IMG/VR virus record: IMGVR_UViG_3300042475_004151 | Strand: one strand, 5' to 3' | DNA: 64,000 nt | Origin: a virus | Translations under genes and position numbers: made by a program | Part shown: in pieces, positions 1 to 10,179 of the stretch | Layout of the letters: every line of letters begins with the position of its first letter | Numbering within the stretch: the stretch's first letter is position 1 | The notes under the pieces: model-generated | What the model was told of the DNA's origin: nothing | Database searches by the model: none | Seen by the model: only the letters and a program-made list of their open reading frames with translations

Positions 1-2
1 AT

Positions 3-1382
3 TAACTCAAATTTTGATCTTGGTACCCAATTGTTTAATACTGTATCAACATGGTTAATAATATTTTTACTCATGTTAGAAGCACTCATTTTAGATTCTT
101 CTGATGTTACCCACTCACGAGCTAAATCACCTCTGCGTTTTCTTTCTTCAGCTCCTAACTCATATACTTTCATTATAGCATCAGCTGCGTCTTTAAAATC
201 AACTCTATCATCAAATATATAAGGTGTAGGTACTGAACCTTGTATACTTATACTACTTGGAAATACTGGTACTGCCCAATCTCCACATTTTTTATATGTT
301 CCAAAATGATTAGAACAAAAATCTTTATCAAACTCAATCCAATTGCCGTTTTCATCCTCAAACCTCATTTGATCCTGCATACCACCAGTAACATTAGCTA
401 TAATCATTTTACCACACATCATACCTTCAGTCAATGATAAACCCCATCCTTCATTAGATGATAATAATATAACAGCATCAGATAAATTATATAATAAATT
501 AATTTCTTCAGATGATATTCTTTGATCTGAAAAATATATTTGAGAACATTGTTCTTCTGTAAATAATATATCCCTAACAGAATATAAATCTGTACCATGT
601 TCATCAATAGGTTGTGTATGTAATATAATAGCACATTTGTCTGCTTTTTCTTTAGGTAATTTATCTAAAAATAACTTAAAAGCAGCTAGTGTATCAGGAA
701 CTGATTTACGTCTAATGTTTCTAGAATTAAACATTAAAGTAAAATCATAATTCTTATCTTTAAAAATCTGAGTCTTAGCTTTTAATAATTTAGAATCATT
801 TTTATCTACAGGATGAAATATTTTTTCATTAATACCATGTGGTATATAACTTAATATTTTATTCTTAACTTTATCACCTAACACTAATTTATTTATATTA
901 AGTGTTTGTTTTGATATAGCCATTAATCCATCACATGATTCATAATAAGCCTCATTATATAATGGTGCTGGATATTCATCCCAAATATTTAAGTAAATCA
1001 TAGGTATGGTTTTTCTAATTTCATTTTCCATTTGAAATAACCAAGTCCAATATCTTGGATCAGTGAAAAACATTAACACATCTGGTTTTTCTATGTCTAT
1101 TAATGTTCTAATTAATTGAGGATCACCATAACCTGATACTGGATATACAAATACACTAGCATCATTAATTTCATTAAATATGTTAGTGTCTGGACTTAAA
1201 TCAAGTCGTTTACCTTGTTCTGGATGATTAATAGCACCACCTACATTTGTCCAATTAAAGACATGAGATGTACCTACAACCATTTCTCTAGCTATAGTAG
1301 CAATACCAGATGTAAATCTAATATCATCACATAATAAGAGTATTTTTTTTCTCTGTTCTTTAGGAATGTAACCTTCTTTCAT
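3..1382 (-). CDS. GT-B (GT4-like) glycosyltransferase, truncated by the left window edge
   Basis: Not in the ORF track. ATG at 1382 opens MKEGYIPKEQRKKILLLCDDIRFTSGIATIAREMVVGT...EKPDVLMFFTDP...YIPHGINEKIFHPV, a typical GT4 N-terminus, and the frame appears to stay open to the window edge. Confidence 0.8.
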   Translation of the reverse strand, partial: MKEGYIPKEQRKKILLLCDDIRFTSGIATIAREMVVGTSHVFNWTNVGGAINHPEQGKRLDLSPDTNIFNEINDASVFVYPVSGYGDPQLIRTLIDIEKPDVLMFFTDPRYWTWLFQMENEIRKTIPMIYLNIWDEYPAPLYNEAYYESCDGLMAISKQTLNINKLVLGDKVKNKILSYIPHGINEKIFHPVDKNDSKLLKAKTQIFKDKNYDFTLMFNSRNIRRKSVPDTLAAFKLFLDKLPKEKADKCAIILHTQPIDEHGTDLYSVRDILFTEEQCSQIYFSDQRISSEEINLLYNLSDAVILLSSNEGWGLSLTEGMMCGKMIIANVTGGMQDQMRFEDENGNWIEFDKDFCSNHFGTYKKCGDWAVPVFPSSISIQGSVPTPYIFDDRVDFKDAADAIMKVYELGAEERKRRGDLAREWVTSEESKMSASNMSKNIINHVDTVLNNWVPRSKFEL

Positions 1383-1401
1383 AACGTATTTTAATTATTT
1401 T

Positions 1402-1596
1402 TTAAACTTGACTACCGGATAATGCTAAGTTATTGTGAGCGTGTATTTCTTTTCTGAAATCATCATCAGTTAAATACATATGAATACTTCTATCTACTAA
1501 TTTTTGAAGTGAGAATTTTGTACGTACACATAGTACTTTAAATTCTTCAAATAACTCTTCACTAACTTTAACACTTGTTAATTTATTTTCTGCCAT
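1402..1596 (-). CDS. Small DNA-binding protein, ribbon-helix-helix-like
   Basis: LTSVKVSEELFEEFK strand-helix pattern; 64 aa. Confidence 0.45.
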   Translation of the reverse strand: MAENKLTSVKVSEELFEEFKVLCVRTKFSLQKLVDRSIHMYLTDDDFRKEIHAHNNLALSGSQV

Positions 1597-1636
1597 AATA
1601 TATTGCTTTTATTGCGTATATAAATATATACAGAAA

Positions 1637-2578
1637 TCAAAAAACAACATTCTTATTACAAAGTGTTTTATCATTACTGAATGGACAATAAGTACAAGAA
1701 TCTTTACTTACTATTTTAGGATATTCTTTATCTATTGATTTACCATCACCATCAAAACATTCAGATAAGAATGAATTAAATCGTTCCATTGCTTGTTTAC
1801 GTTTTGTTTTACCACTAGCTGGTTTAAATGATGATATATAAGGTATAGGGAATGCATCATTCTCCCAAATTTTTCTTTTCATTATAAAAAACTCAACTTC
1901 AATCTTATCAATATCAATATTATATTGTTTTGAAAAATATTCTTTATAAAGTAATATTTGAGATATTTTTATCTCATCCTTTTTAGCTTTATCATTCCAT
2001 CCTTGTCTTGATGTTTTGATATCATATATATAAACTTTATCTAAATCTTTATCATATAATACAAAATCAATATAACCTTTTAAGAATAAATTTTTAGATA
2101 GATTAACCATTAATGGCATCTCAATTCCTAATAATACTACATTACGAGTTGAGAAAAGTTGAGTACGATGTTTTTTAAACCAAGTAAGTACACTAACCCC
2201 ATCTTCAAAAAATTCTTTCATCTCATCTGGATTAGAGAAATGTTGTTTACTTCTTTCAAATTCTTCTTTGTACACAGCTCTAAAACGTTCATTAAACATA
2301 GCTATTATATCTATTCTGTCAGCAGCTGCTCCACTTTCCTCATACATTACTTTTAAATAATGTTGTACTGTTTCATGAACTGAAGTACCAAATATAGTAT
2401 GAATTGATGCTTGATATGAAGCTAAACCTTTAACATAATTCAAATACCATTGATGAGGGCATCTACGATATATAGAATATTGAGAATAAGATACTGTGGT
2501 TTGAAATCTATAATCTATTTCTTTAGGTGCAGTATTTTTTATTTTTAATTCAACTTCAGTTAATTTATTTTTTGCCAT
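1637..2578 (-). CDS. PD-(D/E)XK (RecB/Cas4-like) exonuclease
   Basis: SYSQY..CP, GTSVHE, GYIDFV..IYDIKTS and a C-terminal CTYCPF..C cluster. Confidence 0.8.
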   Translation of the reverse strand: MAKNKLTEVELKIKNTAPKEIDYRFQTTVSYSQYSIYRRCPHQWYLNYVKGLASYQASIHTIFGTSVHETVQHYLKVMYEESGAAADRIDIIAMFNERFRAVYKEEFERSKQHFSNPDEMKEFFEDGVSVLTWFKKHRTQLFSTRNVVLLGIEMPLMVNLSKNLFLKGYIDFVLYDKDLDKVYIYDIKTSRQGWNDKAKKDEIKISQILLYKEYFSKQYNIDIDKIEVEFFIMKRKIWENDAFPIPYISSFKPASGKTKRKQAMERFNSFLSECFDGDGKSIDKEYPKIVSKDSCTYCPFSNDKTLCNKNVVF

Positions 2579-2843
2579 ATTTCATTCTTATTTGTTCTCC
2601 CAACTGCATATCATTAGGATATTTATTAACTAAATCTTGAATTGTATTTAATGTAGTTATTTCTTTTTTTAAATATTGAGCCATGTCTAATGCTTCTTCA
2701 TACGCATGTTGAAGCATATTTTGATGGTTATTTTCACCTAATGTTGTATTATATTTTTTTAAACCTACATCTGCTCTCAACTTTAAATCTTCCATCACTG
2801 ACCATGTAATATCATCTTGTGGGCGTTCAATTATTTTACTCAT
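2565..2843 (-). CDS. Conserved phage hypothetical protein
   Basis: GLKKYNTTL...QHAYEEALDMAQY, a pattern seen in small MazG-like phage proteins; overlaps the next gene. Confidence 0.5.
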   Translation of the reverse strand: MSKIIERPQDDITWSVMEDLKLRADVGLKKYNTTLGENNHQNMLQHAYEEALDMAQYLKKEITTLNTIQDLVNKYPNDMQLGEQIRMKYGKK

Positions 2844-2905
2844 ATAGAATGTATTTATAATTTAAATTTAGTTAATTTAACTAGGGACGCCAAGTTAATT
2901 AATTG

Positions 2906-3214
2906 TTAATAATTTACTGTATTATCTAGTTTATCTTTTTTAGTGATAAACTTATTGCTTATTTCATTAATTAGTTTATCTAATCGTGAATCAATATAAC
3001 TAATGTTATTATCAATTCTACGATCAGTAACTTCTTGTAAATCGTGTCGATCACGTTCAATTGAATTGTATCTAGACTCAATATCCATCCAGACATTTCT
3101 CATTTCTTCTTCTATTGACTTGACCTTTTTTGATACCTTAATAGCACCAATAGTAAGCCAAACCAGTATCCCAACCACAACTGTAGCTGAAACACCTAAT
3201 AAAAATGTAATCAT
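2906..3214 (-). CDS. Membrane-anchored coiled-coil protein
   Basis: N-terminal hydrophobic helix followed by a heptad-like charged region. Confidence 0.55.
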   Translation of the reverse strand: MITFLLGVSATVVVGILVWLTIGAIKVSKKVKSIEEEMRNVWMDIESRYNSIERDRHDLQEVTDRRIDNNISYIDSRLDKLINEISNKFITKKDKLDNTVNY

Positions 3215-3618
3215 TGTTTTTTTCTCCTTTTTTGTTTTGTACTTGGCGTCCCCAAGTTAAAAGTATTTTTTACTAATTGAGTATCAATTATGTTAACATA
3301 ATCTTTAGCTTCACGAGTACTACATTGATAATATTCAGCTACTGCTTTAATAGTCTCAGAGTCATTTTTACCACTTGCTTTAATATATTTAAAGAATGAT
3401 TTCTTTTTAGGTAATAAATCACAATAGAATTTATAAACCATTCTATTAGGACAATTAGGATATTTTTGAATCATATTAACAACATCAATGTAATCTGGAT
3501 TCATACTTATAAAACGATGAATCATGAATGTATTAAATTCAGATTTATCTTCATCCGTAAATGTATTCCACGGTTGTTTATTATATGTTATCTGATTTAT
3601 CCAATCAAATAGATTCAT
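3211..3618 (-). CDS. Clamp loader small subunit (T4 gp62-like)
   Basis: LFDWINQI...FMIHRFISM pattern; lies near the gp44-like gene. Confidence 0.65.
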   Translation of the reverse strand: MNLFDWINQITYNKQPWNTFTDEDKSEFNTFMIHRFISMNPDYIDVVNMIQKYPNCPNRMVYKFYCDLLPKKKSFFKYIKASGKNDSETIKAVAEYYQCSTREAKDYVNIIDTQLVKNTFNLGTPSTKQKRRKKQ

Positions 3619-3847
3619 CTAGATTCTTTAATGGTTCTGGTAGGAATGCTTCATTAACATGACCGCATTTAGAACAACTAAATACAGGTAATGGAATTAG
3701 AGCATCTTGAGGTGTACCTGTTAAAAATTTATTTGCTTTTCTAAGCATAAGACCTTCTTGGAATACATCATGACCACACTCATCACAAACAATCGGAGTT
3801 GTTTTCTTTAGGTCAATGTTTAATTTAATTTGTTCTTGTTGACTCAT
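3605..3847 (-). CDS. Zinc-ribbon protein
   Basis: CDECG and CSKCGH pairs. Confidence 0.6.
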   Translation of the reverse strand: MSQQEQIKLNIDLKKTTPIVCDECGHDVFQEGLMLRKANKFLTGTPQDALIPLPVFSCSKCGHVNEAFLPEPLKNLDESI

Positions 3848-3848
3848 A

Positions 3849-4739
3849 TTATATATTTAAAAGTTTAGCGATTGCGGACATAAAACATATTTCTTTATCA
3901 GGTATAGTTGTTGAATGAAATAAGTATTCTTCTATAATTATAGTAGCATCAGGTGATGAGAACTCATTATGTAGTTCCTTATATAAACCTGTAAAATCAG
4001 TCACATTATTATCTGCTATAAGTTGTCTGATATTATTAAATGATGTTTTTTTCTTTGATTTGACTTCATTAATTATTTGTTCTGTATAATGACTATCAAT
4101 AATATTTTTAGCTATTAATTTACCTCCAATTGATAGACCCTGAAGTGAATTAAGTGCTCGTCTAATATCAGGATATGTTTTTTTGATTATTTCAACTACA
4201 TCTTTAATATCATACTCTATTTGTTCTATATCAAGTATTTCCTTTAAACGTTTAGCTATGGTTTTAGGTTCGGGAGTATTTAATGCAAATGACGTTAATC
4301 TTGATTGTAATGGATCAATAATACGCTCTACAAAATTACAAGTAAATATAAATCTAGTTGTTAAACTAAATGATTCAATAACATTCCTAAGTGCCGCTTG
4401 AGCATTTATAGTTAAGAAATCAGCTTCATCTAATATAACCACTTTAAGTGGTTTAAATGTAGCTCCAGAAGCAAATTGTTTTACTTTATCTCTAATTGTA
4501 TCAATACCATTCTCATCAGAACAATTTAGATATATAAAATCACAATTGATATTTCCTACAACTAATTTAGCAGCTGTTGTTTTACCAGTACCAGCTGATC
4601 CATGAAGTAATAGATTAGGAAAATCATTTTTATCAATCCATCCTTGTAAACTATTAATAAACTCTTCATTACCTAAATATCCTTCTAAAATACTAGGACG
4701 ATATTTCTCTACCCAAAGAGTATGTTTTGTATTAAACAT
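3849..4739 (-). CDS. Clamp loader AAA+ ATPase (RFC small subunit / T4 gp44-like)
   Basis: WVEKYRP, Walker A GSAGTGKTT, Walker B ILDEAD, QSR. Confidence 0.95.
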   Translation of the reverse strand: MFNTKHTLWVEKYRPSILEGYLGNEEFINSLQGWIDKNDFPNLLLHGSAGTGKTTAAKLVVGNINCDFIYLNCSDENGIDTIRDKVKQFASGATFKPLKVVILDEADFLTINAQAALRNVIESFSLTTRFIFTCNFVERIIDPLQSRLTSFALNTPEPKTIAKRLKEILDIEQIEYDIKDVVEIIKKTYPDIRRALNSLQGLSIGGKLIAKNIIDSHYTEQIINEVKSKKKTSFNNIRQLIADNNVTDFTGLYKELHNEFSSPDATIIIEEYLFHSTTIPDKEICFMSAIAKLLNI

Positions 4740-4744
4740 AACTT

Positions 4745-4969
4745 TTATTTTTTAATATATTCAAATATAATGTCAATATTTCGAGGCGCCAAATATTTTA
4801 TAGTATGGTACTTATTAATATGGTTTAATGGTTTAGCTTCTTTTTCATGTTGTGACCATTGAAACTCACCACCAAATCCCATCCCACAATAATAACCTAA
4901 ATCACTATAAACAATAAATTCAGGTTGAATACAGTCTATCGGTTTATTTTCTTTCTTTTTCCTACCCAT
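4745..4969 (-). CDS. Hypothetical protein
   Basis: Tightly packed ORF on the coding strand. Confidence 0.5.
   Translation of the reverse strand: MGRKKKENKPIDCIQPEFIVYSDLGYYCGMGFGGEFQWSQHEKEAKPLNHINKYHTIKYLAPRNIDIIFEYIKK
4762..4793 (-). promoter_or_regulatory. Bacteroidota-type promoter TTTG-N20-TATATTTG upstream of the clamp loader gene
   Basis: Exact match to the -33 TTTG / -7 TAnnTTTG consensus with a 20-nt spacer. Confidence 0.7.
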
Positions 4970-4970
4970 T

Positions 4971-5708
4971 TTATTTTACTGAATTAGTTTTTAATTGATT
5001 GTCTTCTACTATAAGATATTCTCCTGATGTATCCATTGTATCTATAAAATAATATCTACCACCAGTAAATTTATCTGATCCTTTTAGGTCAAGTCGTCTC
5101 ATTTGAGTATGACCTACAATTTGAATATAATCTTTCTTTAATCCTTTATCATGTTTTTTATTTGCACTCATAAGTGAACCTGGTCTAATCCAAATTGGAG
5201 TTTGCGTTGTATTATCTCCATAACCATCAAAGCCATTAAATTCAAATGCTTTAGGTTTGTATTTAAATAGTTCATTTAAGTCAACTACAATACTCTCTTT
5301 AGACCAACCATCAGATCCAAATACTTGATCCATGAATATAGGACTTACACCAGCATGAGTGAATAGATAATCTCCGAATCCATAAGCCATTTGTAAATGA
5401 TATCTATTTTCATCTATTACTTGAGTAATTGAAGGTGCAATTCCAGATTGATATCCACTTGTACCTGTGTATCCAATTTCTGGAAAGTAGTGATGGTCGT
5501 GATTGCCAATTAATAATGTAACTTCAATTTGTGGATTATTTTCTTTGTATTGAATAATCTCTTTAAAATTATGAATTTGTTCTACTCCTGGAATATCAAA
5601 TGAATCAAAGTAGTCACCTATAAAGATAATCCTATCAGGTTGTTCCTGATGTATGGCTAGTTTCCAATTGGAACGACCATGTGTATCGCCTAATATTATT
5701 GTTTTCAT
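4971..5708 (-). CDS. Calcineurin-like metallophosphoesterase
   Basis: GDTHG, GDYFD, GNHD, THAG and GHT motifs. Confidence 0.9.
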   Translation of the reverse strand: MKTIILGDTHGRSNWKLAIHQEQPDRIIFIGDYFDSFDIPGVEQIHNFKEIIQYKENNPQIEVTLLIGNHDHHYFPEIGYTGTSGYQSGIAPSITQVIDENRYHLQMAYGFGDYLFTHAGVSPIFMDQVFGSDGWSKESIVVDLNELFKYKPKAFEFNGFDGYGDNTTQTPIWIRPGSLMSANKKHDKGLKKDYIQIVGHTQMRRLDLKGSDKFTGGRYYFIDTMDTSGEYLIVEDNQLKTNSVK

Positions 5709-5735
5709 AATTTAAATATAGTTAAAGAATTTAGG

Positions 5736-6812
5736 TTAATTACTTAATGGTGCTTTAATTGCTGGATGTGATTGGTAATTTTCTAATTCAAAATTGACTT
5801 GTCCGTGTATTGTTTCATCAAATCCTTTATGTTCTAAGTTAGCTAAAAATATAGGATTCATTTTTAGTTTAGGTAATTCATAAGGATGTCTTGAACATTG
5901 TTCTGCTGCTTGTTCTAAATGATTGTTATATAAATGAACATCACCTAAATTGCCAATCAATTCATCGGGTACCATATTAACTAACTTAGCAATTATTTCT
6001 AATAACAAAGCATAAGATGCTATATTAAATGGTAGTCCTAAAAATGTATCTACACTTCTTTGATTCCACATTAATGAAATTGCTCGTGTTGGTATATTAT
6101 TCTCTTTTAATTCCTCTACTGTATAGTATTGAGGTAGATTATCTTTTTCAGTCAAACATAAATGTTTATCCATAAGTTTAACTCGTTCTGTTTCATCTAA
6201 CTCTCTCGTATAAATTTGAAATCCATAATGACAAGGTGGTAATACCATTTGGTCTAACTCACCTACATTCCAAGCCGATACCATTAATCTTCTACTATCA
6301 GGATTTGTTTTGAGTTCGGAGATTAGATTTGCGATTTGATCTATTTCAATAGGAAAGTCTTCCCAAGTGCTTGTTGTTTTATCTAATCCTTCCCAACTTC
6401 TCCATTGCTTACCGTAGATTGGTCCTAACTCACCCCACTTATTAGCAAATTCATCATCGGTTTTAATTAAATTTATAAATTGTCCTATATTCCAAATTGA
6501 AAAATCAGGATCTTCATCATCCTCACTATTACTCATAAAATTTTTGAAAGCGTCACCATCCCAAATATGACAATCATTATCAACAAGATATTTGATATTA
6601 GTGTCACCTCTTAAAAACCACATTAATTCAGTTACAATTGCTTTCCAAGCCATCTTCTTTGTAGTTAATAATGGAAATCCTTCTTTCATGTTGTGTCTAA
6701 TCTGTCTACCAAATATTGATTTAGTTCCAGTTCCTGTTCTATCTGCTTTATCTACTCCGAAATGTATTAAATCAAGTAATAATTCTTTATATTGACGATC
6801 TATATTATTCAT
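5736..6812 (-). CDS. thyA: Thymidylate synthase
   Basis: DRTGTGT, FPLLTTKK, LPPCH, QRSVDTFLGLPFNIASY, HLYNNH. Confidence 0.97.
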   Translation of the reverse strand: MNNIDRQYKELLLDLIHFGVDKADRTGTGTKSIFGRQIRHNMKEGFPLLTTKKMAWKAIVTELMWFLRGDTNIKYLVDNDCHIWDGDAFKNFMSNSEDDEDPDFSIWNIGQFINLIKTDDEFANKWGELGPIYGKQWRSWEGLDKTTSTWEDFPIEIDQIANLISELKTNPDSRRLMVSAWNVGELDQMVLPPCHYGFQIYTRELDETERVKLMDKHLCLTEKDNLPQYYTVEELKENNIPTRAISLMWNQRSVDTFLGLPFNIASYALLLEIIAKLVNMVPDELIGNLGDVHLYNNHLEQAAEQCSRHPYELPKLKMNPIFLANLEHKGFDETIHGQVNFELENYQSHPAIKAPLSN

Positions 6813-6825
6813 AAATTTATATTGT

Positions 6826-7629
6826 TTATTCAGTTATAGGTTCATCCCAAACTTTTTTAAAGAACTCATCCATGTTATACTCTCTTTTTATAACTAATCC
6901 TCTAATATATTCAATTCTTTTTTTATCACCCTCAATATTAATATTATGTTCATTAACACGAGCTATCATATTATATAAAGCTCTAAGTGTATTATAATAA
7001 GGTTTAGCATCTTTTATAAAACTTACCATACGTTCCCAATACTTAAAAGCAGTGGATGATCTAGGATCTAAAGCGTATCTCATTCTGTAACTATAAGTAA
7101 TGCTAGGATGTACAAGACGAAGTTCAAAATCATCATAATATATAGTTATGATATCTTTTTTTCTAAGTATTTCATCATTAAATATATCTATTTTAAAATA
7201 TTTATGAACTGAAAGATCAACTCCGAGAATATCATTTTCTACGTCATCCCATGATTTTGAAAATTGCCACATACGTTCTTTAGGATCAAATTTATATGGT
7301 ATTTTGAATTTTTCACCAGCTCCATCCCAACCATATCCTACTTTCATATCATTTAAATCAAAGAAGTTTTTTATATTATTATAATCTTCTTCAGTAAATT
7401 CTTCTCTTAAACCAAAATCAAAATCACCTATAGGACTCATAGGTTCAAGACCTAGTAATCTAAGAGATAAACTACCTGTTAAAACAAATTTATTATTCAT
7501 TGTTAACATAGGTAAAATATACTTATTAAATGCTTCTTTAGCATCTTTATCTAGGTTATCAAGAATATTTTGTTTAAACTTAAGTTTTAATTTACCTGTT
7601 TGGGAATCAATATTATAAACTATATTCAT
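6826..7629 (-). CDS. Pol-beta-superfamily nucleotidyltransferase-like protein
   Basis: VLTGSLSL...GDFDF (GS..DxD) signature with a downstream IDIF. Confidence 0.55.
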   Translation of the reverse strand: MNIVYNIDSQTGKLKLKFKQNILDNLDKDAKEAFNKYILPMLTMNNKFVLTGSLSLRLLGLEPMSPIGDFDFGLREEFTEEDYNNIKNFFDLNDMKVGYGWDGAGEKFKIPYKFDPKERMWQFSKSWDDVENDILGVDLSVHKYFKIDIFNDEILRKKDIITIYYDDFELRLVHPSITYSYRMRYALDPRSSTAFKYWERMVSFIKDAKPYYNTLRALYNMIARVNEHNINIEGDKKRIEYIRGLVIKREYNMDEFFKKVWDEPITE

Positions 7630-7634
7630 AACTT

Positions 7635-7838
7635 TTATTTAATGTAATTAAAAAATTTGTTAACTACTTGTTGTTCACCTTTAGATCTAGGTTGAGCAGG
7701 TGGTCGTTCTACTACTTTGGCTTTTCTACCTCTAGGTTTTCTAGGTTTGTCATCATCATAATCACTCCAGTTCCATTTCTTAACTTTCTCTAAAAATGCT
7801 GATTTATAACTTGCTAAACGTTCAGTTTCTGTTCTCAT
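7635..7838 (-). CDS. Small basic hypothetical protein
   Basis: Contains KPRKPRGRKAK, an AT-hook-like basic patch. Confidence 0.5.
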   Translation of the reverse strand: MRTETERLASYKSAFLEKVKKWNWSDYDDDKPRKPRGRKAKVVERPPAQPRSKGEQQVVNKFFNYIK

Positions 7839-7865
7839 AACCTTAATTTATAAAATGAAATAAAG

Positions 7866-8024
7866 TCAAAATATTCGATCCTTATCTTCATCATCAATTT
7901 CCCAATCCAAAAAATCTTTACCTTTATAATCTTTATGATGCTTATGCATATAAATAATTCCTCCAGCCCATAACCAAGCTATTGTAATTGATATAGCTAT
8001 TATAAGTAAAATTAATCCTATCAT
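7866..8024 (-). CDS. Small membrane protein (52 aa)
   Basis: Not in the ORF track. MIGLILLIIAISITIAWLWAGGIIYMHKHHKDYKGKDFLDW... Confidence 0.5.
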   Translation of the reverse strand: MIGLILLIIAISITIAWLWAGGIIYMHKHHKDYKGKDFLDWEIDDEDKDRIF

Positions 8025-8154
8025 TGTTTTTTATTTTTAAATAAGTCTGATAATTTTTTTGCTGGTCTAATAATTTTTCCGGTATGTTCCTCTATTAATG
8101 GAGCTCTCCATAGTTCATATGATAACCAGATAAAAATTATAATTAATATAACTG

Positions 8155-8655
8155 TTAATCCCACCATCCTCTAATGTTTTGTTCTAATATTTTAAATAGT
8201 AATTTATGTGCTCGTTCTTCATTTATTCTAGCTATTTGAAGTGCAATTTTTGCTTTAGGTGCTTGTAAATCAGGAACCATTCTATATATTAATGGATATT
8301 TTTTAAAATAATCATCATAATGTTCTGATATTGGTTCCTCATCCATTTCATAACTACCTGGATGGGAAATACTAGGTATAAATTTAATATCTGATTTGTA
8401 ATAATCAATGTATTCCATCCCATAATATTCGCTTTGTACTTTTTCAATTAAACGAACACACAGCATCATTATTTCAGCATCACGTTTAGCTCTAGTATGT
8501 CTATCTTTATCACCAATATACTTAGCTTGATTTTTAAGTTTAAATTTGAGTATTTCAAAAATGAAATGATCATCCCAATCTTGGTCTTTCCAGATAATAG
8601 GAAACCAACGAATTAAATTGTAGATTTGTTTGAAGAATTGTTTTATTCTATACAT
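8155..8655 (-). CDS. Conserved phage hypothetical protein (start probably MYRIKQFF at 8655)
   Basis: WFPIIWKDQDWD...WWD. The start given in the ORF track (8691) falls inside a terminator hairpin. Confidence 0.6.
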   Translation of the reverse strand: MYRIKQFFKQIYNLIRWFPIIWKDQDWDDHFIFEILKFKLKNQAKYIGDKDRHTRAKRDAEIMMLCVRLIEKVQSEYYGMEYIDYYKSDIKFIPSISHPGSYEMDEEPISEHYDDYFKKYPLIYRMVPDLQAPKAKIALQIARINEERAHKLLFKILEQNIRGWWD

Positions 8656-8671
8656 AACCTTAATTAATAAT

Positions 8672-8705
8672 AAAAAAAAATGGGGACTCAAATGAGTCCC
8701 CTTTT
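8672..8705 (-). terminator. Rho-independent terminator
   Basis: GGGGACTCA/TGAGTCCCC stem followed by a U-tract on the minus strand. Confidence 0.75.
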
Positions 8706-8707
8706 AC

Positions 8708-8911
8708 TTACTTAACTGGAACTGGACGGTTTGGTGTTTCTCCACCTACTGGAATTTGAGATGTGGTAGAGTCTGTAGCTGATATAGCTGAATCAACTAC
8801 TGATGCACTGTCTGATACTACTAAACTGTCAGTAGTTGTCTGTTCTGTTGAACTGTTTCCTCCGCAAGCTGTAAATACAACAGTTGCTAATACAATCATA
8901 ACTTTTTTCAT
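8708..8911 (-). CDS. Small lipoprotein with Ser/Thr/Asp-rich tail
   Basis: MKK + hydrophobic stretch + lipobox FTAC, followed by D-S/T-rich low complexity typical of Bacteroidota lipoproteins. Confidence 0.7.
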   Translation of the reverse strand: MKKVMIVLATVVFTACGGNSSTEQTTTDSLVVSDSASVVDSAISATDSTTSQIPVGGETPNRPVPVK

Positions 8912-8933
8912 AAAATTTATTTTTTTATATAAT

Positions 8934-8965
8934 TAAATATAACGTCTTATCTCGGTCAAGCCAAA
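8934..8965 (-). promoter_or_regulatory. Bacteroidota-type promoter TTTG-N20-TATATTTA
   Basis: 20-nt spacer; upstream of the lipoprotein gene. Confidence 0.6.
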
Positions 8966-9010
8966 TTAGTGTTTGTTTAATAATAACAATAATTTTTTAT
9001 ACACTATTTT

Positions 9011-9466
9011 TTAAAAATCTTTATTTATTCCAAAATTAAAACTTTCTGCTTTATCATACCCTAAACCACTTTGTCTACAGTAATTTAGAGATAGTGATAT
9101 TGATTTATCTTTAAAAATATATAAATTATTATTTAAATCGTATTCAGCTAAGATATCTTTGAATGCATAAAAGTAGTTTAAGCCGCCGCTAAAGGAAAAG
9201 GAATAATACTTATTGCTGTAGAGCGGAAAAGTTATCTTTGCGCCATTATACTCATATCCTTTCAGCAATGACCAGTATCCAAAGTTAACTCCTATCGATA
9301 TTCCTGATTTTAAATACCTGCCGTATTCAACATTAGCACCTAGTGTATTTTTCCAATCTTTGATGGGAGAATTAAAAAACAACCCTGTACCAGCATATAC
9401 ATAGTTTTTTTGACTGTACGCTGCTGAACTTATTAGGAGTAGTATTATTATTATAATGTTTTTCAT
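9011..9466 (-). CDS. Small outer-membrane beta-barrel-like protein
   Basis: Signal peptide ending AYS-Q, alternating aromatic/Gly beta strands, C-terminal Phe. Confidence 0.6.
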   Translation of the reverse strand: MKNIIIIILLLISSAAYSQKNYVYAGTGLFFNSPIKDWKNTLGANVEYGRYLKSGISIGVNFGYWSLLKGYEYNGAKITFPLYSNKYYSFSFSGGLNYFYAFKDILAEYDLNNNLYIFKDKSISLSLNYCRQSGLGYDKAESFNFGINKDF

Positions 9467-9473
9467 TTTTAAT

Positions 9474-10178
9474 TTATCTTCTTATTGGTTTTTTAATTGG
9501 TTTCTTTTTTGCTATTGGTTTTTTAGTTACTCTCCTAGCTGTCTTTTTTACAGGTTGAGCTTTTTTTCTATCTCTTATAGCTGAATAGAATATTGATCCA
9601 CTTAGCATTATAGCTAATGCTAAACAACCAATCATAAAGTTATCAAATATTCGGATAAGTGATAACATCTTAACTGTTTCTTCTTGACCAATTCTAGACT
9701 GTAAATCTGTTAACCAGTTAATCCTGTCTGTTACTGATAGTAGCTCTTCTTTAATATTACTTTGCTCTAATAATTTTTGAGCACCTATTTTATCAGTTTC
9801 AGCTAACTTAAATATATCATCAAGTTTTTCATCAATGTCAATCATTTGCTTATCAGATAACTTAGCAACTGAGTCTTCTTCAGGAACTAAATATGTAGAA
9901 AGATAAGCTTTCCACTCTTTACCTGTTTGTTCTCTTACTTCCATTATCTCATCTTTATGAGTAAGTAGCGTATCTACATTAATAATGCTGGTAGATAACG
10001 CACTACTGATGTAGGTTCCGTAGTAATCAAATCTGTGTGATAAAAGGGGTCCTGGCTTTAATCTGTCTTCTAAAATTGTAGTGGCGGATGCTTGTATTTT
10101 ATCATTTACATGCTTTCCAAATAATGCTACAGCTATTATTATCGCTGTAAGAATGATCATAATTGTTGAACTCTTCAT
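9474..10178 (-). CDS. Two-TM protein with periplasmic four-helix-bundle (MCP sensor-like) domain and basic tail
   Basis: TM1, ILEDRLKP...WKAYLSTYLVPEE, TM2, then a K/R-rich C-terminus. Confidence 0.55.
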   Translation of the reverse strand: MKSSTIMIILTAIIIAVALFGKHVNDKIQASATTILEDRLKPGPLLSHRFDYYGTYISSALSTSIINVDTLLTHKDEIMEVREQTGKEWKAYLSTYLVPEEDSVAKLSDKQMIDIDEKLDDIFKLAETDKIGAQKLLEQSNIKEELLSVTDRINWLTDLQSRIGQEETVKMLSLIRIFDNFMIGCLALAIMLSGSIFYSAIRDRKKAQPVKKTARRVTKKPIAKKKPIKKPIRR

Positions 10179-10179
10179 A

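Noticed and set aside
431-634. Short minus-strand ORFs 431..634 and 19312..19512
   Set aside because: Both are out-of-frame ORFs nested inside the GT4 and PolB genes.
1637-2578. Cas4 as part of a CRISPR-Cas system
   Set aside because: No array or other cas genes; stand-alone PD-(D/E)XK nucleases are common in phage replication regions.
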